Assembly: GCA_043803205.1 (NCBI GenBank)
Contig: JAZDKG010000073.1
Coordinates: 2,129 to 66,128 of the forward strand
DNA: 64,000 nucleotides
From: Planctomycetota bacterium
GTDB lineage: Bacteria > Planctomycetota > DG-23 > JAZDKG01
Direction of reading: 5' to 3'
Each line of letters opens with the position of its first letter. The first letter of the stretch is position 1. Below the pieces are notes generated by a model. The model saw nothing but the letters and a program-made list of their open reading frames with translations, was not told the origin of the DNA and did not search any database. Positions 19,714 to 29,740 of the stretch are shown in pieces. Position numbers and translations under genes: made by a program.

Positions 19714-20847
19714 ATGACGACAGAACGCGATTACTATGAGGTCCTCGGCGTCTCCCGGGACGCGGACGCGGACGAGGTCAAGCGGGCCTTCCGCAAGCTC
19801 GCGTTTCAGTACCATCCCGACCGGAACAAGAAGGACCCCGACGCGGAAAGGAAATTCAAGGAGGCGGCGGAGGCGTATGAGGTCCTCTCGAACCAGGAGA
19901 CGCGGGCGCGATACGACCGCTTCGGACACGAGGGGGTGCGGGGGCGGGTGCACGAGTTTACGAGCTTCGACGATATCTTCTCGGCGTTCGGGGACATCTT
20001 CGGGGGAGGGCTCTTCGGGGACCTCTTCGGTCCCGCGTCCGCGGGACGGACGCGGAAAGGGGCGAGCCTGCGATGCACGGTGGCGATCGACCTCGAAGAG
20101 GCGGCCAAGGGGCTCCGGAGGACGATCGAGATTCGGCGGCGGGAGTCCTGCGCGGAATGCGACGCCACCGGGGCGCGCAAGGGCACGCACGCGACGCGGT
20201 GCAGGACTTGCGGCGGGAGGGGACAGGTCTCGCGCTCGCAGGGGTTCTTCGCGATCACGACGTCGTGTCCGACGTGCCGCGGAAGGGGCGAAGTCATAGC
20301 GGACCCGTGTCCCCGGTGCGACGGGACGGGGATGTCGCCGGAGCGCCGGGAGATCGCGGTGGAAATCCCGGTGGGGGTGGAGGACGGAATGCGGCTGCGC
20401 CTCTCCGGGGAGGGGGAACCGGGGGAGGGGGGACGACATCGAGGAGACCTCTACGTGGACATCACGGTCCGGGAGCATCCGCTCTTTGAGAGGCGCGGGG
20501 GGGACGTCCTCGTGCAGGTGCCGTTGACGTTCACGCAGGCGGCACTGGGGACGGAGGTCGAGGTGCCGACGCTCCACGGGGCGAAGAAGGTGACGGTCAA
20601 GGGGGGGGTGCAGCCCGGGGACGTGATGCGTCTCGCGGAGATGGGGATGCCCGTGCTGCGGTCGCGGCGGCGCGGGGACGAGATCGTCGTGTTCACGGTG
20701 GAGGTCCCGACGAAGCTGTCGGCGCGGCAGAAGGAGATCCTGCGGCAATATGCGGCGACGGAGGAGGGAGCGCCTCATCCGAAGAGGAAGTCGTTCCTGG
20801 ACGCCGTGCGGAAGTACTTCACTTCACGCGAAGAGGAGAAGGGCTAA
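19714..20847 (+). CDS. dnaJ: Molecular chaperone DnaJ
   Basis: J domain with HPD ([33 protein letters not shown]). A Gly/Phe-rich linker. Four CxxCxGxG zinc-finger repeats. An alternative ATG lies at 19705. Confidence 0.9.
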   Translation: MTTERDYYEVLGVSRDADADEVKRAFRKLAFQYHPDRNKKDPDAERKFKEAAEAYEVLSNQETRARYDRFGHEGVRGRVHEFTSFDDIFSAFGDIFGGGLFGDLFGPASAGRTRKGASLRCTVAIDLEEAAKGLRRTIEIRRRESCAECDATGARKGTHATRCRTCGGRGQVSRSQGFFAITTSCPTCRGRGEVIADPCPRCDGTGMSPERREIAVEIPVGVEDGMRLRLSGEGEPGEGGRHRGDLYVDITVREHPLFERRGGDVLVQVPLTFTQAALGTEVEVPTLHGAKKVTVKGGVQPGDVMRLAEMGMPVLRSRRRGDEIVVFTVEVPTKLSARQKEILRQYAATEEGAPHPKRKSFLDAVRKYFTSREEEKG

Positions 20848-20853
20848 GGCAGG

Positions 20854-21516
20854 ATGATCGGAAGGAAACCGAAAAACAAAGAGGAAGACGCCGGGGAGGA
20901 AACGCCCCGTGAGCAGGCGTCGCCGGGAGGCGAGGCGCCTTCGGCAGCCGAGGTCCCTGTTGCGGCGGAGGCGGGGGAAGCGGAAGCTCTCCCGGCGACG
21001 GAAGAGATCGGACGGGAGGAGCTGGAGAGACTGCGGGCCGCGGCCGCGGAGCGCGACCAGGTCTACGACCGGTTCCTGCGCGCGCGGGCGGACCTCGAGA
21101 ACTATCGCAAGCGCATGGCGCGGGAGATGGAGGAGGTCCGGGGGTTCGGGATCGCATCCTTTGCCCGGGAGGTCCTGCGGATTCGGGACGACTTGGACCG
21201 GACGCTGTCGGCGGCGCAGGACGGGGGCGGCGATGTCGAGGCGCTGCGGGCCGGCGTGAAGCTGGTGCGCGACCAGATGGACAAGGTGCTGGGGTCCTTC
21301 GGGGTGGAGGCGATGCGCGTTCAACGGGGGCCGTTCGATCCGACCCGGCATGAGGCGGTGGTCGTCGAGGTGACGGACGCGGTCCCGGATCACACGGTGA
21401 TGGAGGAGATCGAGCCCGGCTTCACGCTGCACGGGAGGCTCCTTCGGGCGGCGAAGGTGAAGGTATCGAAGGCTCCGAGGGAAGGGGACGTCGGCGAGGG
21501 CGTCGAGAAGAAGTAG
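20854..21516 (+). CDS. grpE: Nucleotide exchange factor GrpE
   Basis: ADLENYRKR motif and the GrpE C-terminal beta domain. It directly follows dnaJ. No dnaK lies between or adjacent. Confidence 0.88.
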   Translation: MIGRKPKNKEEDAGEETPREQASPGGEAPSAAEVPVAAEAGEAEALPATEEIGREELERLRAAAAERDQVYDRFLRARADLENYRKRMAREMEEVRGFGIASFAREVLRIRDDLDRTLSAAQDGGGDVEALRAGVKLVRDQMDKVLGSFGVEAMRVQRGPFDPTRHEAVVVEVTDAVPDHTVMEEIEPGFTLHGRLLRAAKVKVSKAPREGDVGEGVEKK

Positions 21517-21573
21517 GGGGAGCGCGGACGACCTTTTCGCGGGATGAACGGCGCGATATCATGAGGTGTTGAA

Positions 21574-21864
21574 ATGCCCACGTACGAATATGAATGCGGT
21601 CAATGCGGACACGCGTTCGAGCGTTTCCAGTCGATGACGGAACGTCCTGTGCGCACGTGCCCGAAATGCGGGCGGCGGTCCGTGCGGCGGCTTATCGGGA
21701 CGGGCGGGGCGGTGATCTTCAAGGGATCGGGGTTTTACCAGACCGATTACCGCAGCAAGGAGTACACGCAGAGGCAGAAGGGGGAGAAGGAGGCGGCCTC
21801 CACGCCCGCGTCGAAAACGGAAGGAGCAAAGACGGGCCCCGCGGAGGGCGGGAAGAAGGACTGA
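21574..21864 (+). CDS. FmdB family zinc ribbon regulatory protein
   Basis: N-terminal MPTYEYECGQCGHAFE...CPKCG, a CxxC...CxxC zinc ribbon diagnostic of the FmdB family. The C-terminus is Lys/Glu-rich and disordered. Confidence 0.75.
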   Translation: MPTYEYECGQCGHAFERFQSMTERPVRTCPKCGRRSVRRLIGTGGAVIFKGSGFYQTDYRSKEYTQRQKGEKEAASTPASKTEGAKTGPAEGGKKD

Positions 21865-22066
21865 CGGCAAATGGACGGGGCATTCGCGTCCGATCTGCCG
21901 AAAAGGAGTGTCTGAAAATCCCGATTTTCCCTTTTGCAGTCGGCGGTGTCGTCTTATAGACTTAAGATAACTGGCTGGAGGGGCGATACCGAATTTCGAA
22001 CGACGATCCGCCGCATCCCAGAGGCGGGATGACGGACGGTCGCAAGAAGGGAGAAAGGAGAAGGGG

Positions 22067-23440
22067 ATGAGGGAACTCAAGCAGAACTGGAAGGACATCT
22101 TCGGCGGTTTCAAGCTCGCCTTCGACCTATGGAAGATCGTGCTTGCCTTCGCGGGGATCGCGCTCACGGTGCTCGTACACGTGATCGTGAACAGCGTGCC
22201 GGTCCCGCTGGTGACGGGGATCTTCGGGGTCCTTGTGGCGTTGGCGCTGCTCTACGCGCTCTTCAACATGCTGAATCGGGCGTCGAAGCCCGTGAGCCCG
22301 CGCAAGACGGCGGTGTTTTTCCTGCTGGCGCTGGCGATCCTGGTGGTGACGGCGGTGTTGGCGTACGGCTCGGCCAAGAGCGGCGCGGTGAAGGACGCGG
22401 TGAAGCTGGGGATCGCGGTTATCTTCGTGCTGGCGATCTGGTCGCTCTTTGGGGGGGCTATCACGCGCATCGCGGCGGTCGAGATCGCAACCGACGACCG
22501 CATCGGGCTCTCGGAAGCGTTCCGGTTCGCCTGCCGGAAGTACAAGGAGTACATCCTCGCACCGGTGCTGGCGGTCGCGTTCATCGCGTTCCTTGCGCTC
22601 CTCATCTGGATCGGGATGATCGTGAGTTCGATCCCGGTCCTGGGGACGGTGCTCCTCATCCTCATCATCTTTCCGCTGGTGATCCTCGCGGGCTTTATCA
22701 TCACGCTGGTCCTCATCGGGCTCGTGTTCGGGTTCCAGCTCATGTGGCCGACGATCTCGGCGGAGGGGTCGGACAGTTTCGACGCCCTTTCGCGAGCGTA
22801 CTCGTACGTATTCAGTCGCCCGTGGAAGTACATCTGGTACAACCTGGTGGTGGTCTTGTACGCGCTGGCGTGCATCGTCTTCGTCTCGCTCTTCTTCCGC
22901 ACGTCGGTGAGGGTGATGGAGCGGGCCGGGCCGGGACTGCCGAGTCAGATCGAGCAGGTCTGGCCGCACGTCTACAGCAACGTCTCACACGCGCTGGGGT
23001 ACGCGCAGGAGTTCGGGCGTAACGACATTCTACGATTCGGGCAGAAGATCCTCTACTACGCGTCGGCGCCCGGGGAGTGGGTGGCGACGTGTGCGGAGAG
23101 GGTGCTGGGATCGCTGGGGCTGCCGGACATCGGGCCGAAGGAACCGCTCAGCTGGCATCAGAGCTGGGCCAAGTACGTGATGTCCATCGGGTTGTACCTC
23201 TACACGGCGCTCTTCGCCGCGTTCGTCTTTAGCCTGGTCTTCTCGCTGCGCACCATGGTGTACTTCCTCCTCCGGAAAGACGTGGACGGGACGGAGATGA
23301 CCGAGGTGTTCATCGAGGAGGAGGAAGAGGAGAAGCCTGAAGCGGCGGGCTTCGACGCGGAGGGCGAGAGCGCGTCTTCCGAGACGACGCAGGAGAAGGA
23401 AGACAAGCCCGCGGACGAGGGAACCTCCCAGGAGAGTTGA
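22067..23440 (+). CDS. Polytopic integral membrane protein of unknown function, acidic C-terminal tail
   Basis: About 10 predicted hydrophobic helices. No recognisable family signature. The tail is Glu-rich (EEEEEEKPEAAGFDAEGES). Confidence 0.55.
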   Translation: MRELKQNWKDIFGGFKLAFDLWKIVLAFAGIALTVLVHVIVNSVPVPLVTGIFGVLVALALLYALFNMLNRASKPVSPRKTAVFFLLALAILVVTAVLAYGSAKSGAVKDAVKLGIAVIFVLAIWSLFGGAITRIAAVEIATDDRIGLSEAFRFACRKYKEYILAPVLAVAFIAFLALLIWIGMIVSSIPVLGTVLLILIIFPLVILAGFIITLVLIGLVFGFQLMWPTISAEGSDSFDALSRAYSYVFSRPWKYIWYNLVVVLYALACIVFVSLFFRTSVRVMERAGPGLPSQIEQVWPHVYSNVSHALGYAQEFGRNDILRFGQKILYYASAPGEWVATCAERVLGSLGLPDIGPKEPLSWHQSWAKYVMSIGLYLYTALFAAFVFSLVFSLRTMVYFLLRKDVDGTEMTEVFIEEEEEEKPEAAGFDAEGESASSETTQEKEDKPADEGTSQES

Positions 23441-23456
23441 GGCGGACCACCAACTC

Positions 23457-23489
23457 GGCCGCCCGCCCACCCTCAACCCCCGGGCGGCC
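23457..23489 (+). terminator. GC-rich hairpin after the membrane-protein gene (possible terminator, no U-tract)
   Basis: ggccgcccg-N15-cgggcggcc, a 9-bp perfect stem 17 nt after the stop at 23440. Confidence 0.35.
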
Positions 23490-23532
23490 GAGCCCCCCCT
23501 GTTCATGACAGAAACGTCTTGCTCCGGCCATG

Positions 23533-23561
23533 TTGCGTCCGGCGGGAAGCCGGGGCATAAT
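23533..23561 (+). promoter_or_regulatory. Candidate promoter TTGCGT-N17-CATAAT for the large glycoside hydrolase gene
   Basis: ttgcgt 23533-23538, a 17-nt spacer, then cataat 23556-23561. It sits ~45 nt upstream of ATG 23605. Confidence 0.4.
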
Positions 23562-23604
23562 CCGAACGTCATCCCCTGAGGGTGTCTTTCCGGGAGGGTA
23601 TTGC

Positions 23605-26600
23605 ATGAGACGTGGGATCCTCTTTCTTGCAGCGGCGGTTTTTCTTGGGGCGGCCGGCGACTTGCGTGCGGAGCAGCGTCCGGGCGCCGTTTTCGAGGAG
23701 ACCTTCGAGGCGCCCTTCACGGACGAAGTCCTTATCAGGATTGCGCCCCAGATGGGGGACCACCGCAGGGAGGGGGACCGCGTGAACCTTCTCCCGCCGG
23801 GCTGGTGGCCGCTTAATAGCCAGGTTGGCTCGGGACGACTGTGGAGCGCGTCGGCGGAAACGAGGCCGGGGTCGAAGGGGAAGCAGTCCGCGCGGGTCGA
23901 GAACGTCGGCGGGACGCCTCAGACGGGGCTCATGTATCCGGGTTGGGGAGACGGCAGACTCAGGCTCAAGAAGGGGGAACGGTACCGCTTCACCATGTGG
24001 TACCGGTCCAACGTGCCGATCATCCTCAACGCCTGGAACGACGGGAAGATGACCGACCTGCGCAAGCAGCCGTTCCCCGAAGAGTTTCGTCCGTTCCGGG
24101 ACCTCGGTGCGGACTGGGCCGGGAACATCTTTCATGAGATCATCCCCCCTTCCGCGGAGTGGGCGAAGGGGAGTTTCCTCTTCACTGCGCCGGCGGACTA
24201 CGAGCGGGAGAAGGTCGAGCGCAGCACGATCGACATCCAGCTCGCGGCCCAGCGCGAAGGATGGATGGTCATCGACGACGTGACGATCGCGAGAACCAGC
24301 GAGCGGGAGAAGCCGGGGCGGGCGTCGGAGCGCCAGGCGCCCGAGGAGGGGGAACGCAGGACGGGGAACCTGCTTACAAACGCGAGCTTCGAGGCGGGGC
24401 TGCGGGGGGGATGGAGGGTGGTGGAACAGCGCGACTTCCGCGCGCCCGTGGATTCCGAGATCGCCTATCACGGGGTGCGCTCCGTGAGGCTGGACCTCCC
24501 GTGCTTCGAGGATCGCATCCACGCCCCGGGCGGACGGTTGCGCAACACGGTTCTTTCCTCTCTCGTGCGGCTTGCGCCCGGGAGGACATACACCTTCTCG
24601 GCGTACGCGAAGACGAGCGGTCCTGAAGGGCCGAACGTGAAGATCAGCGTCTTTGGGTGCGAAGTGCCCGACTCCGGGGAGCCGATCGCTTCCGCCAGGC
24701 TGGCGTCTACAGGCGAATGGCAGCGCGGGGAGGTGAGTTTTGAGGCGCCGCCGATGCCGCATGATTCGTATTTCGTGAGCGTTGACGTCTGGTCGGTGAA
24801 GCCGGGCTCGGTGTGGCTGGACGCGCTTCAGCTTGAGGAGGGGGAGTCGGCGGGGGAGTTTCAACCGGGCGAGGCCGTCGCCTTCGGGCTCTCCACGACG
24901 CAGGAGGGGAATCTCTTCCTTACGACGGAGCCGTTCGAGACGACGCTTCTCATCGCCAACGAGGGGAGCGAAATCCGGGACTTCACGTATACCGTGCGCA
25001 TCGTGAACATCCGCGACGAGGAGATCTGGTCGCGACGGGAATCGGTCGACGCGCTTCCAGCGGGGGTGACGGAGCGCATGGTGCGCCCCGACAAGGCGTT
25101 CACGGGGGTTTTCCGCATGGAGGTGCTCGACCGCGACGGGCGGTTGGGCGAGGAGATGATCGGGGGGATCGTGCCGCCGCCGAGGGACGATGTGGCGCTC
25201 GACGAGTCGAGCATGGGCTGTCACATCTCGCTCGAGCCGGCGCTCATGCGGGTGACGAGGCGGTACGGGATGCGGTGGATCCGCCTGCACGACACGCTTC
25301 CCAATACGCGATGGGAGTACGTCGAGATCGAGAAGGGCCGCTGGGTCTGGGACGACGACAAGATGAAGGTCGCCCTCGACATGGGGTTCGGGCTCCTCGG
25401 GACGCTGCACACGTATTCGTACCAGGAGTGGGGGAGCCGGCTCTGGTTCTACGACGCGGCGCGCAAGGACACGTTCTTCATCTCACCCGAAGGCTTCGAG
25501 GGCTACTGCTTCGAGGCGGTGAACCATTACAAGGACCTCATCCACTATTGGGGGTTCTTCAACGAGATCGGCGGGGCCACTGGGAGCGCGGCGGACGGGG
25601 TCGTTGATCTCCTGCAGCGGGCGCAGCGGGCGATGCGCAAGGCCGACCCGGAGGCGAAGCTCACCGGTTGCGATTTCTTCCCCTCGCACGAACAGGGGTT
25701 CCAGGAGATCCTCAAACGCGGATTGCTGCCGCTCCTGGACGTATGCACGCTCCACTATTTCAACGCGGTGGGCCCGGAGACGATCCGCAGGTTCGTTGAG
25801 CTCGGACGCTCGGACGGCGTCGAGCGCCCCGTGTGGGTTTGCGAGGAGAACTCCCTCGGCAAGCCGATCCGGGCGTGGTATCGACGGGAGAAGCCCTATC
25901 TCGTGGACAGCACCGTCCGCCGCAACGCCGACTACGGGGGACAGCAGATCGAGGCGTACCAGGCTGCGGTGGACGATCTCAAGATGTACGTCACGGAGCG
26001 ATCGTGCGGGGTCTCGCGGCGGTTCTACTACATGAACTGGCCCTCGCGGACGGCGGCGCTGACGATATCGTATTCGGATTTCGAGTATGACAACGCCGTC
26101 GGGCCGCTGCACGTGACGCAGGGGGTCTACGCGCATCTTCTGGACGGTACGCGCTTCGCGGAGACGGTGGATCTGGGCAGATCGCTGCGGGGGCACCTCT
26201 TCGAGCGTGGGGGGGAGACGATCGCGTGTCTGTGGACGGCGCCGGGAGCGCGGCACGGGAGGGGCTTCAACGCGCCTGCCGGCAAAGTGCGGGTGCTCGA
26301 TTTCCAGGGAAACGAGCTTGCTTCCGCCGAAGGGACCGCCGGGCTTACGATGACGTTCAGCGAGGAGCCAGTGTTTCTTGTCGCGGAGGGACTTTCGGCG
26401 AAGGCGCTTTCGGAGATCCTTCGCGCGGGGGCGCAGAGCGATCTCTCCGCGGAGATCGCAGCGGCCGGAGGAAGGTGCACGGTGCGGCTGCGGGTGGCAA
26501 ACCACGGGAGCGCCGAGTATCAGGCCTCCGCGCGGGCAAGGGCGCTCTCGGGGGCGTGGGAGCTGGGGGACGCGGTGGCCCTAGCGGCGGGTCCGAGGTC

Positions 26601-27345
26601 CGAGGGGAAGTTCGACATCCCCATCCGGAAGCTGCCGGACGAGCCCGGACTGTACGCGCTGGCGGTCGAAGTGGAGCACGGGGGCGAGACGCGGGAGATC
26701 ACGCTGCGATTTCCACTTCTCGTTGCGCATGCGTTCGACGCTCCGCCGACGATCGACGGACGGCTGGATGAATGGCACGGAATGGCGCCGGCGCGAATCG
26801 ACACGGCGGAGCAGGCGAAGCTCTTCGGCACCGCGGATTGGCGGGGGCTCGAGGATTCGTCGGCGCGGGTGCGCGCCGGGTGGACGCTGGGAAAGCTGTA
26901 CCTCGCGGTCGAGGTGACGGACGACAAGCTCGTCCAGCGCAATCGGACCTACCTTGACGATTGCGTTGAACTTTTCTTCAATACGAACCTTGCGGACCGC
27001 ACGGACCGGAGGTACGGACCGAATGCGTACCAGGTGGTTTTGCCGCCCGTGATGGACGAGCGCTCGGAGAAGACGGTCGAGATCAACCCGACGGGTGGAG
27101 CGACTCTCACGGCGCAGAACGTGGAGTATGCGTCGCAGAAAACGGCGGAGGGGTACGCGGTGGAGGTGGGGATCGACGTGTCGGCGCTGGCGGACCTCGA
27201 GCTTACGGAGGGGACGCTCATCGGGTTCGACGTCGCCGTCGACGACTGCGACGACGGGATGCGCAAGGCACAGCTCATCTGGGCCGGCGACGAGGACGAT
27301 TGCCAGGACACCGGGGACTTCGGGTACCTGCTGCTGGCGCGTTGA
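23605..27345 (+). CDS. Large secreted multidomain glycoside hydrolase with carbohydrate-binding modules (CBM4/9-like N-terminal and CBM9-like C-terminal domains around a TIM-barrel GH core)
   Basis: Signal peptide MRRGILFLAAAVFLGAAGDLRA. Central TIM-barrel GH-like region (HYWGFFNEIGG, LHYFNAVG). C-terminal domain with DGRLDEW...DDCVELFF...GFDVAVDD, characteristic of CBM9-like / DOMON-like sugar-binding domains. Total 1246 aa. Confidence 0.7.
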   Translation: MRRGILFLAAAVFLGAAGDLRAEQRPGAVFEETFEAPFTDEVLIRIAPQMGDHRREGDRVNLLPPGWWPLNSQVGSGRLWSASAETRPGSKGKQSARVENVGGTPQTGLMYPGWGDGRLRLKKGERYRFTMWYRSNVPIILNAWNDGKMTDLRKQPFPEEFRPFRDLGADWAGNIFHEIIPPSAEWAKGSFLFTAPADYEREKVERSTIDIQLAAQREGWMVIDDVTIARTSEREKPGRASERQAPEEGERRTGNLLTNASFEAGLRGGWRVVEQRDFRAPVDSEIAYHGVRSVRLDLPCFEDRIHAPGGRLRNTVLSSLVRLAPGRTYTFSAYAKTSGPEGPNVKISVFGCEVPDSGEPIASARLASTGEWQRGEVSFEAPPMPHDSYFVSVDVWSVKPGSVWLDALQLEEGESAGEFQPGEAVAFGLSTTQEGNLFLTTEPFETTLLIANEGSEIRDFTYTVRIVNIRDEEIWSRRESVDALPAGVTERMVRPDKAFTGVFRMEVLDRDGRLGEEMIGGIVPPPRDDVALDESSMGCHISLEPALMRVTRRYGMRWIRLHDTLPNTRWEYVEIEKGRWVWDDDKMKVALDMGFGLLGTLHTYSYQEWGSRLWFYDAARKDTFFISPEGFEGYCFEAVNHYKDLIHYWGFFNEIGGATGSAADGVVDLLQRAQRAMRKADPEAKLTGCDFFPSHEQGFQEILKRGLLPLLDVCTLHYFNAVGPETIRRFVELGRSDGVERPVWVCEENSLGKPIRAWYRREKPYLVDSTVRRNADYGGQQIEAYQAAVDDLKMYVTERSCGVSRRFYYMNWPSRTAALTISYSDFEYDNAVGPLHVTQGVYAHLLDGTRFAETVDLGRSLRGHLFERGGETIACLWTAPGARHGRGFNAPAGKVRVLDFQGNELASAEGTAGLTMTFSEEPVFLVAEGLSAKALSEILRAGAQSDLSAEIAAAGGRCTVRLRVANHGSAEYQASARARALSGAWELGDAVALAAGPRSEGKFDIPIRKLPDEPGLYALAVEVEHGGETREITLRFPLLVAHAFDAPPTIDGRLDEWHGMAPARIDTAEQAKLFGTADWRGLEDSSARVRAGWTLGKLYLAVEVTDDKLVQRNRTYLDDCVELFFNTNLADRTDRRYGPNAYQVVLPPVMDERSEKTVEINPTGGATLTAQNVEYASQKTAEGYAVEVGIDVSALADLELTEGTLIGFDVAVDDCDDGMRKAQLIWAGDEDDCQDTGDFGYLLLAR

Positions 27346-27357
27346 TGGGGAGCCCCG

Positions 27358-28350
27358 TCAGTCCGCCGGCGGCGTCTCGTCCCCGGCGTTCTCCCCGGTC
27401 GCTTCCTTTCCCCGATAGAAGCTATGGCCCACGTATCGGACCCAGGCGGTGAAGGGGTCGTCAGTCCCGCTCGCGCGGGAGAGGGCGTTGGCGGCGATCC
27501 AGTGTTTGGAGTCCGCGTCGTCGGCGTAATGGAGGAGGAGCGCCTCGCGCGTCTTCGGGGGGATGGGAGAGCCCCATTCGGGGAGCCCTTGGTGGGAGAG
27601 AACCATGTGTTCGATGAGGAGCGCGAGCTCCTGCGGGAACCCTTCGATGCGGGCGATCCGCTCCGAGACCATGCGGATGCCCAGGATGATGTGTCCCAGC
27701 ATGCCGCCGGGGACGGTGTAGTTGAACTCGCGGACGGAGTCCAGCTCCTCGACTTTTCCGATGTCGTGCAGGATCGCGCCGGTGATGAGGAGGTCGCGGT
27801 CGGCGGCGTAGTGTTCGGCGAAGAAGTCGCAGACTTCCGCGACGGAGACGACGTGCTCGAGCAAGCCGCCGATGTAGGCGTGGTGGACATCGCGGGCGGC
27901 GACGGAGCGCTTGAAGGCCTCGCGGAAGCCCGCGTCGTCGAAGAAGGCGGCCAAGAGCTTCGCCAGCCACTCGTTTTCGATGGAGCCGATGAAGGCCTCG
28001 ATGGTCTGCCAGAGCTGCGCTACGTCCCTCGGGGTGTGGGGGAGGAGGTCGGCGAGGTCGAAGGGGTCGTCATCGCGGGCCTTGCGGAGCTGCTTCACGT
28101 TGAGCTGTCGCTCGCCTTGGAAGGTCTCGACGATCCCCTGCGCCTTGACGACGTCGCCCTTGCCGAACTGGTCGTTGAGCTCCTGGGCGTTGTCCCAGAC
28201 CTTGGCGTCGATCCGGCCGGAGGCGTCCTGGAGGTCAAGGGTGAGGTAGGCCTTCCCCGCGCGCGTGAGGCTGAGGGTCTTTTCGCGCACGAGGAAAAAA
28301 TCCACGACGACCTCGCCGACGGTGAGGTCTTGGATGCAACGGGCTCGCAT
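27358..28350 (-). CDS. YhaM-like HD-domain protein (OB-fold plus HD phosphohydrolase; 3'-5' exoribonuclease family)
   Basis: N-terminal OB-fold region (GEVVVDFFLVREKTLSLTRAGKAYLTLDLQDASGRIDAKVWD). HD motif (HVVSVAEV...ILHDIGK). The start was chosen at the MRARCIQDL ATG. The longer track ORF adds an implausible N-terminal extension. Confidence 0.7.
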   Translation of the reverse strand: MRARCIQDLTVGEVVVDFFLVREKTLSLTRAGKAYLTLDLQDASGRIDAKVWDNAQELNDQFGKGDVVKAQGIVETFQGERQLNVKQLRKARDDDPFDLADLLPHTPRDVAQLWQTIEAFIGSIENEWLAKLLAAFFDDAGFREAFKRSVAARDVHHAYIGGLLEHVVSVAEVCDFFAEHYAADRDLLITGAILHDIGKVEELDSVREFNYTVPGGMLGHIILGIRMVSERIARIEGFPQELALLIEHMVLSHQGLPEWGSPIPPKTREALLLHYADDADSKHWIAANALSRASGTDDPFTAWVRYVGHSFYRGKEATGENAGDETPPAD

Positions 28351-28498
28351 GATCACCTCGCTTCCGGGAAAGGGCAGGAGCTTCGCCGATCTTTCGACCG
28401 GGACCATTTTAGCCGGGGACGACTCGGGCGCAATCGCGGCTTCTCGCCGGCGGGCGAATCTGTACAATAGGATCCTCTTTGCGTTGGAGGATCGCGCG

Positions 28499-29557
28499 AT
28501 GCCGAAGGAGAGCATGACGGCGAGGGAGCGATGGGAAGCGGTGCTGGATCGGCGCAAGCCGGACCGTGTGCCAATGGACTACTGGGCTACGCCCGAGGCC
28601 GACGAGAAGCTGATGAGGCACCTCCGGGTGAACACGATCGAGGAGGCGCACGCCAAGCTTCACATCGATAGGCCCCTCACGGTGTCTCCGCGGTACGTCG
28701 GTCCGCCCCGTCCGCCGGGGACGAACCAGTGGGGGTGTCGGGTGCGACGGGTCCGTTACGAGACGGGGGTCTACGAGGAGATCGTCTCTCATCCGCTGGC
28801 GTCCTGCTCGTCGATCGAGGAGATCGACGCGAACTACCGGTGGCCGTCGACGGACTGGTACGACTACTCCCACCTCGCGGAGGAGATCCGGGGGCAGGAG
28901 CACCGTCCGGTCCAGGCCGGGGGGTCGGAGCCGTTTCTTGTCTACTGCGAGTTGCGGGGCCTGGAGCTGGGGATGATGGACCTGGTGACGGTGCCCGAGA
29001 TCGTCCGCCACTGCCTCGGAAAGCTCTTCGACTTCGCCTATGAGAACACTCGCCGGATCTATGAGGCGATCCCCGGGAGGGTGCTCATCTCGTACGTCGC
29101 GGAGGACATGGGGTCGCAGACGGACCTCCTTTTCTCGCCCGAGGCGATTCGTACCTTCTTCCTTCCCGGGATGAAGCGGATGAACGAGCTGGCGCATTCC
29201 GCGGGGGCGCGCGTCTTCTATCACAGCGACGGGGCGGTCCGGAAGATCGTGCCCGACATGATCGCGATCGGGATCGACGTCCTCAATCCCGTCCAGTGGC
29301 GCTGCGAAGGGATGGAGCGCCAGGCCCTCAAACGCGACTTCGGGGACAAGGTCATCTTCCACGGCGGCGTCGATAATCAGCACACGATCCCGTTCGGCAC
29401 GCAGGACGAGGTGCGCCGCGAGGTGCGAGAGAACATCCGAATCCTCGGCGCGGGGGGCGGATACATCCTCGCCCCGTGCCACAATATTCAGGCCGTCGGC
29501 CCCGCCGAGAACGTCGTCGCGATGTACGAAGAGGGGTACGCCTGCGGATGGACCTGA
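28499..29557 (+). CDS. Uroporphyrinogen decarboxylase (URO-D) family protein, MtaA-like (paralog 2)
   Basis: URO-D family blocks (YVAEDMGSQTDLLFSPEAIRTFFLPGMKRM, HSDGAVRKIVPDMIAIGIDVLNPVQ). RBS ggagg 7 nt before ATG 28499. Confidence 0.8.
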   Translation: MPKESMTARERWEAVLDRRKPDRVPMDYWATPEADEKLMRHLRVNTIEEAHAKLHIDRPLTVSPRYVGPPRPPGTNQWGCRVRRVRYETGVYEEIVSHPLASCSSIEEIDANYRWPSTDWYDYSHLAEEIRGQEHRPVQAGGSEPFLVYCELRGLELGMMDLVTVPEIVRHCLGKLFDFAYENTRRIYEAIPGRVLISYVAEDMGSQTDLLFSPEAIRTFFLPGMKRMNELAHSAGARVFYHSDGAVRKIVPDMIAIGIDVLNPVQWRCEGMERQALKRDFGDKVIFHGGVDNQHTIPFGTQDEVRREVRENIRILGAGGGYILAPCHNIQAVGPAENVVAMYEEGYACGWT

Positions 29558-29740
29558 TGGGGAACGACGCGCGCGGGGGGCGTTTCCCTTGACTCCCGAC
29601 GACGGCGCCTTATGCTGGAAAGGGCACATGGAGAGGGCGTCTTCTTCCAGCATGGGATCGGCGGAGCGCAGCGGGGAGGCTGCTGAGCCCCCGGAACGGG
29701 GGACGGGGAGGGAGCCGGTTCTCCCGCCTGGGGGGCTGCG

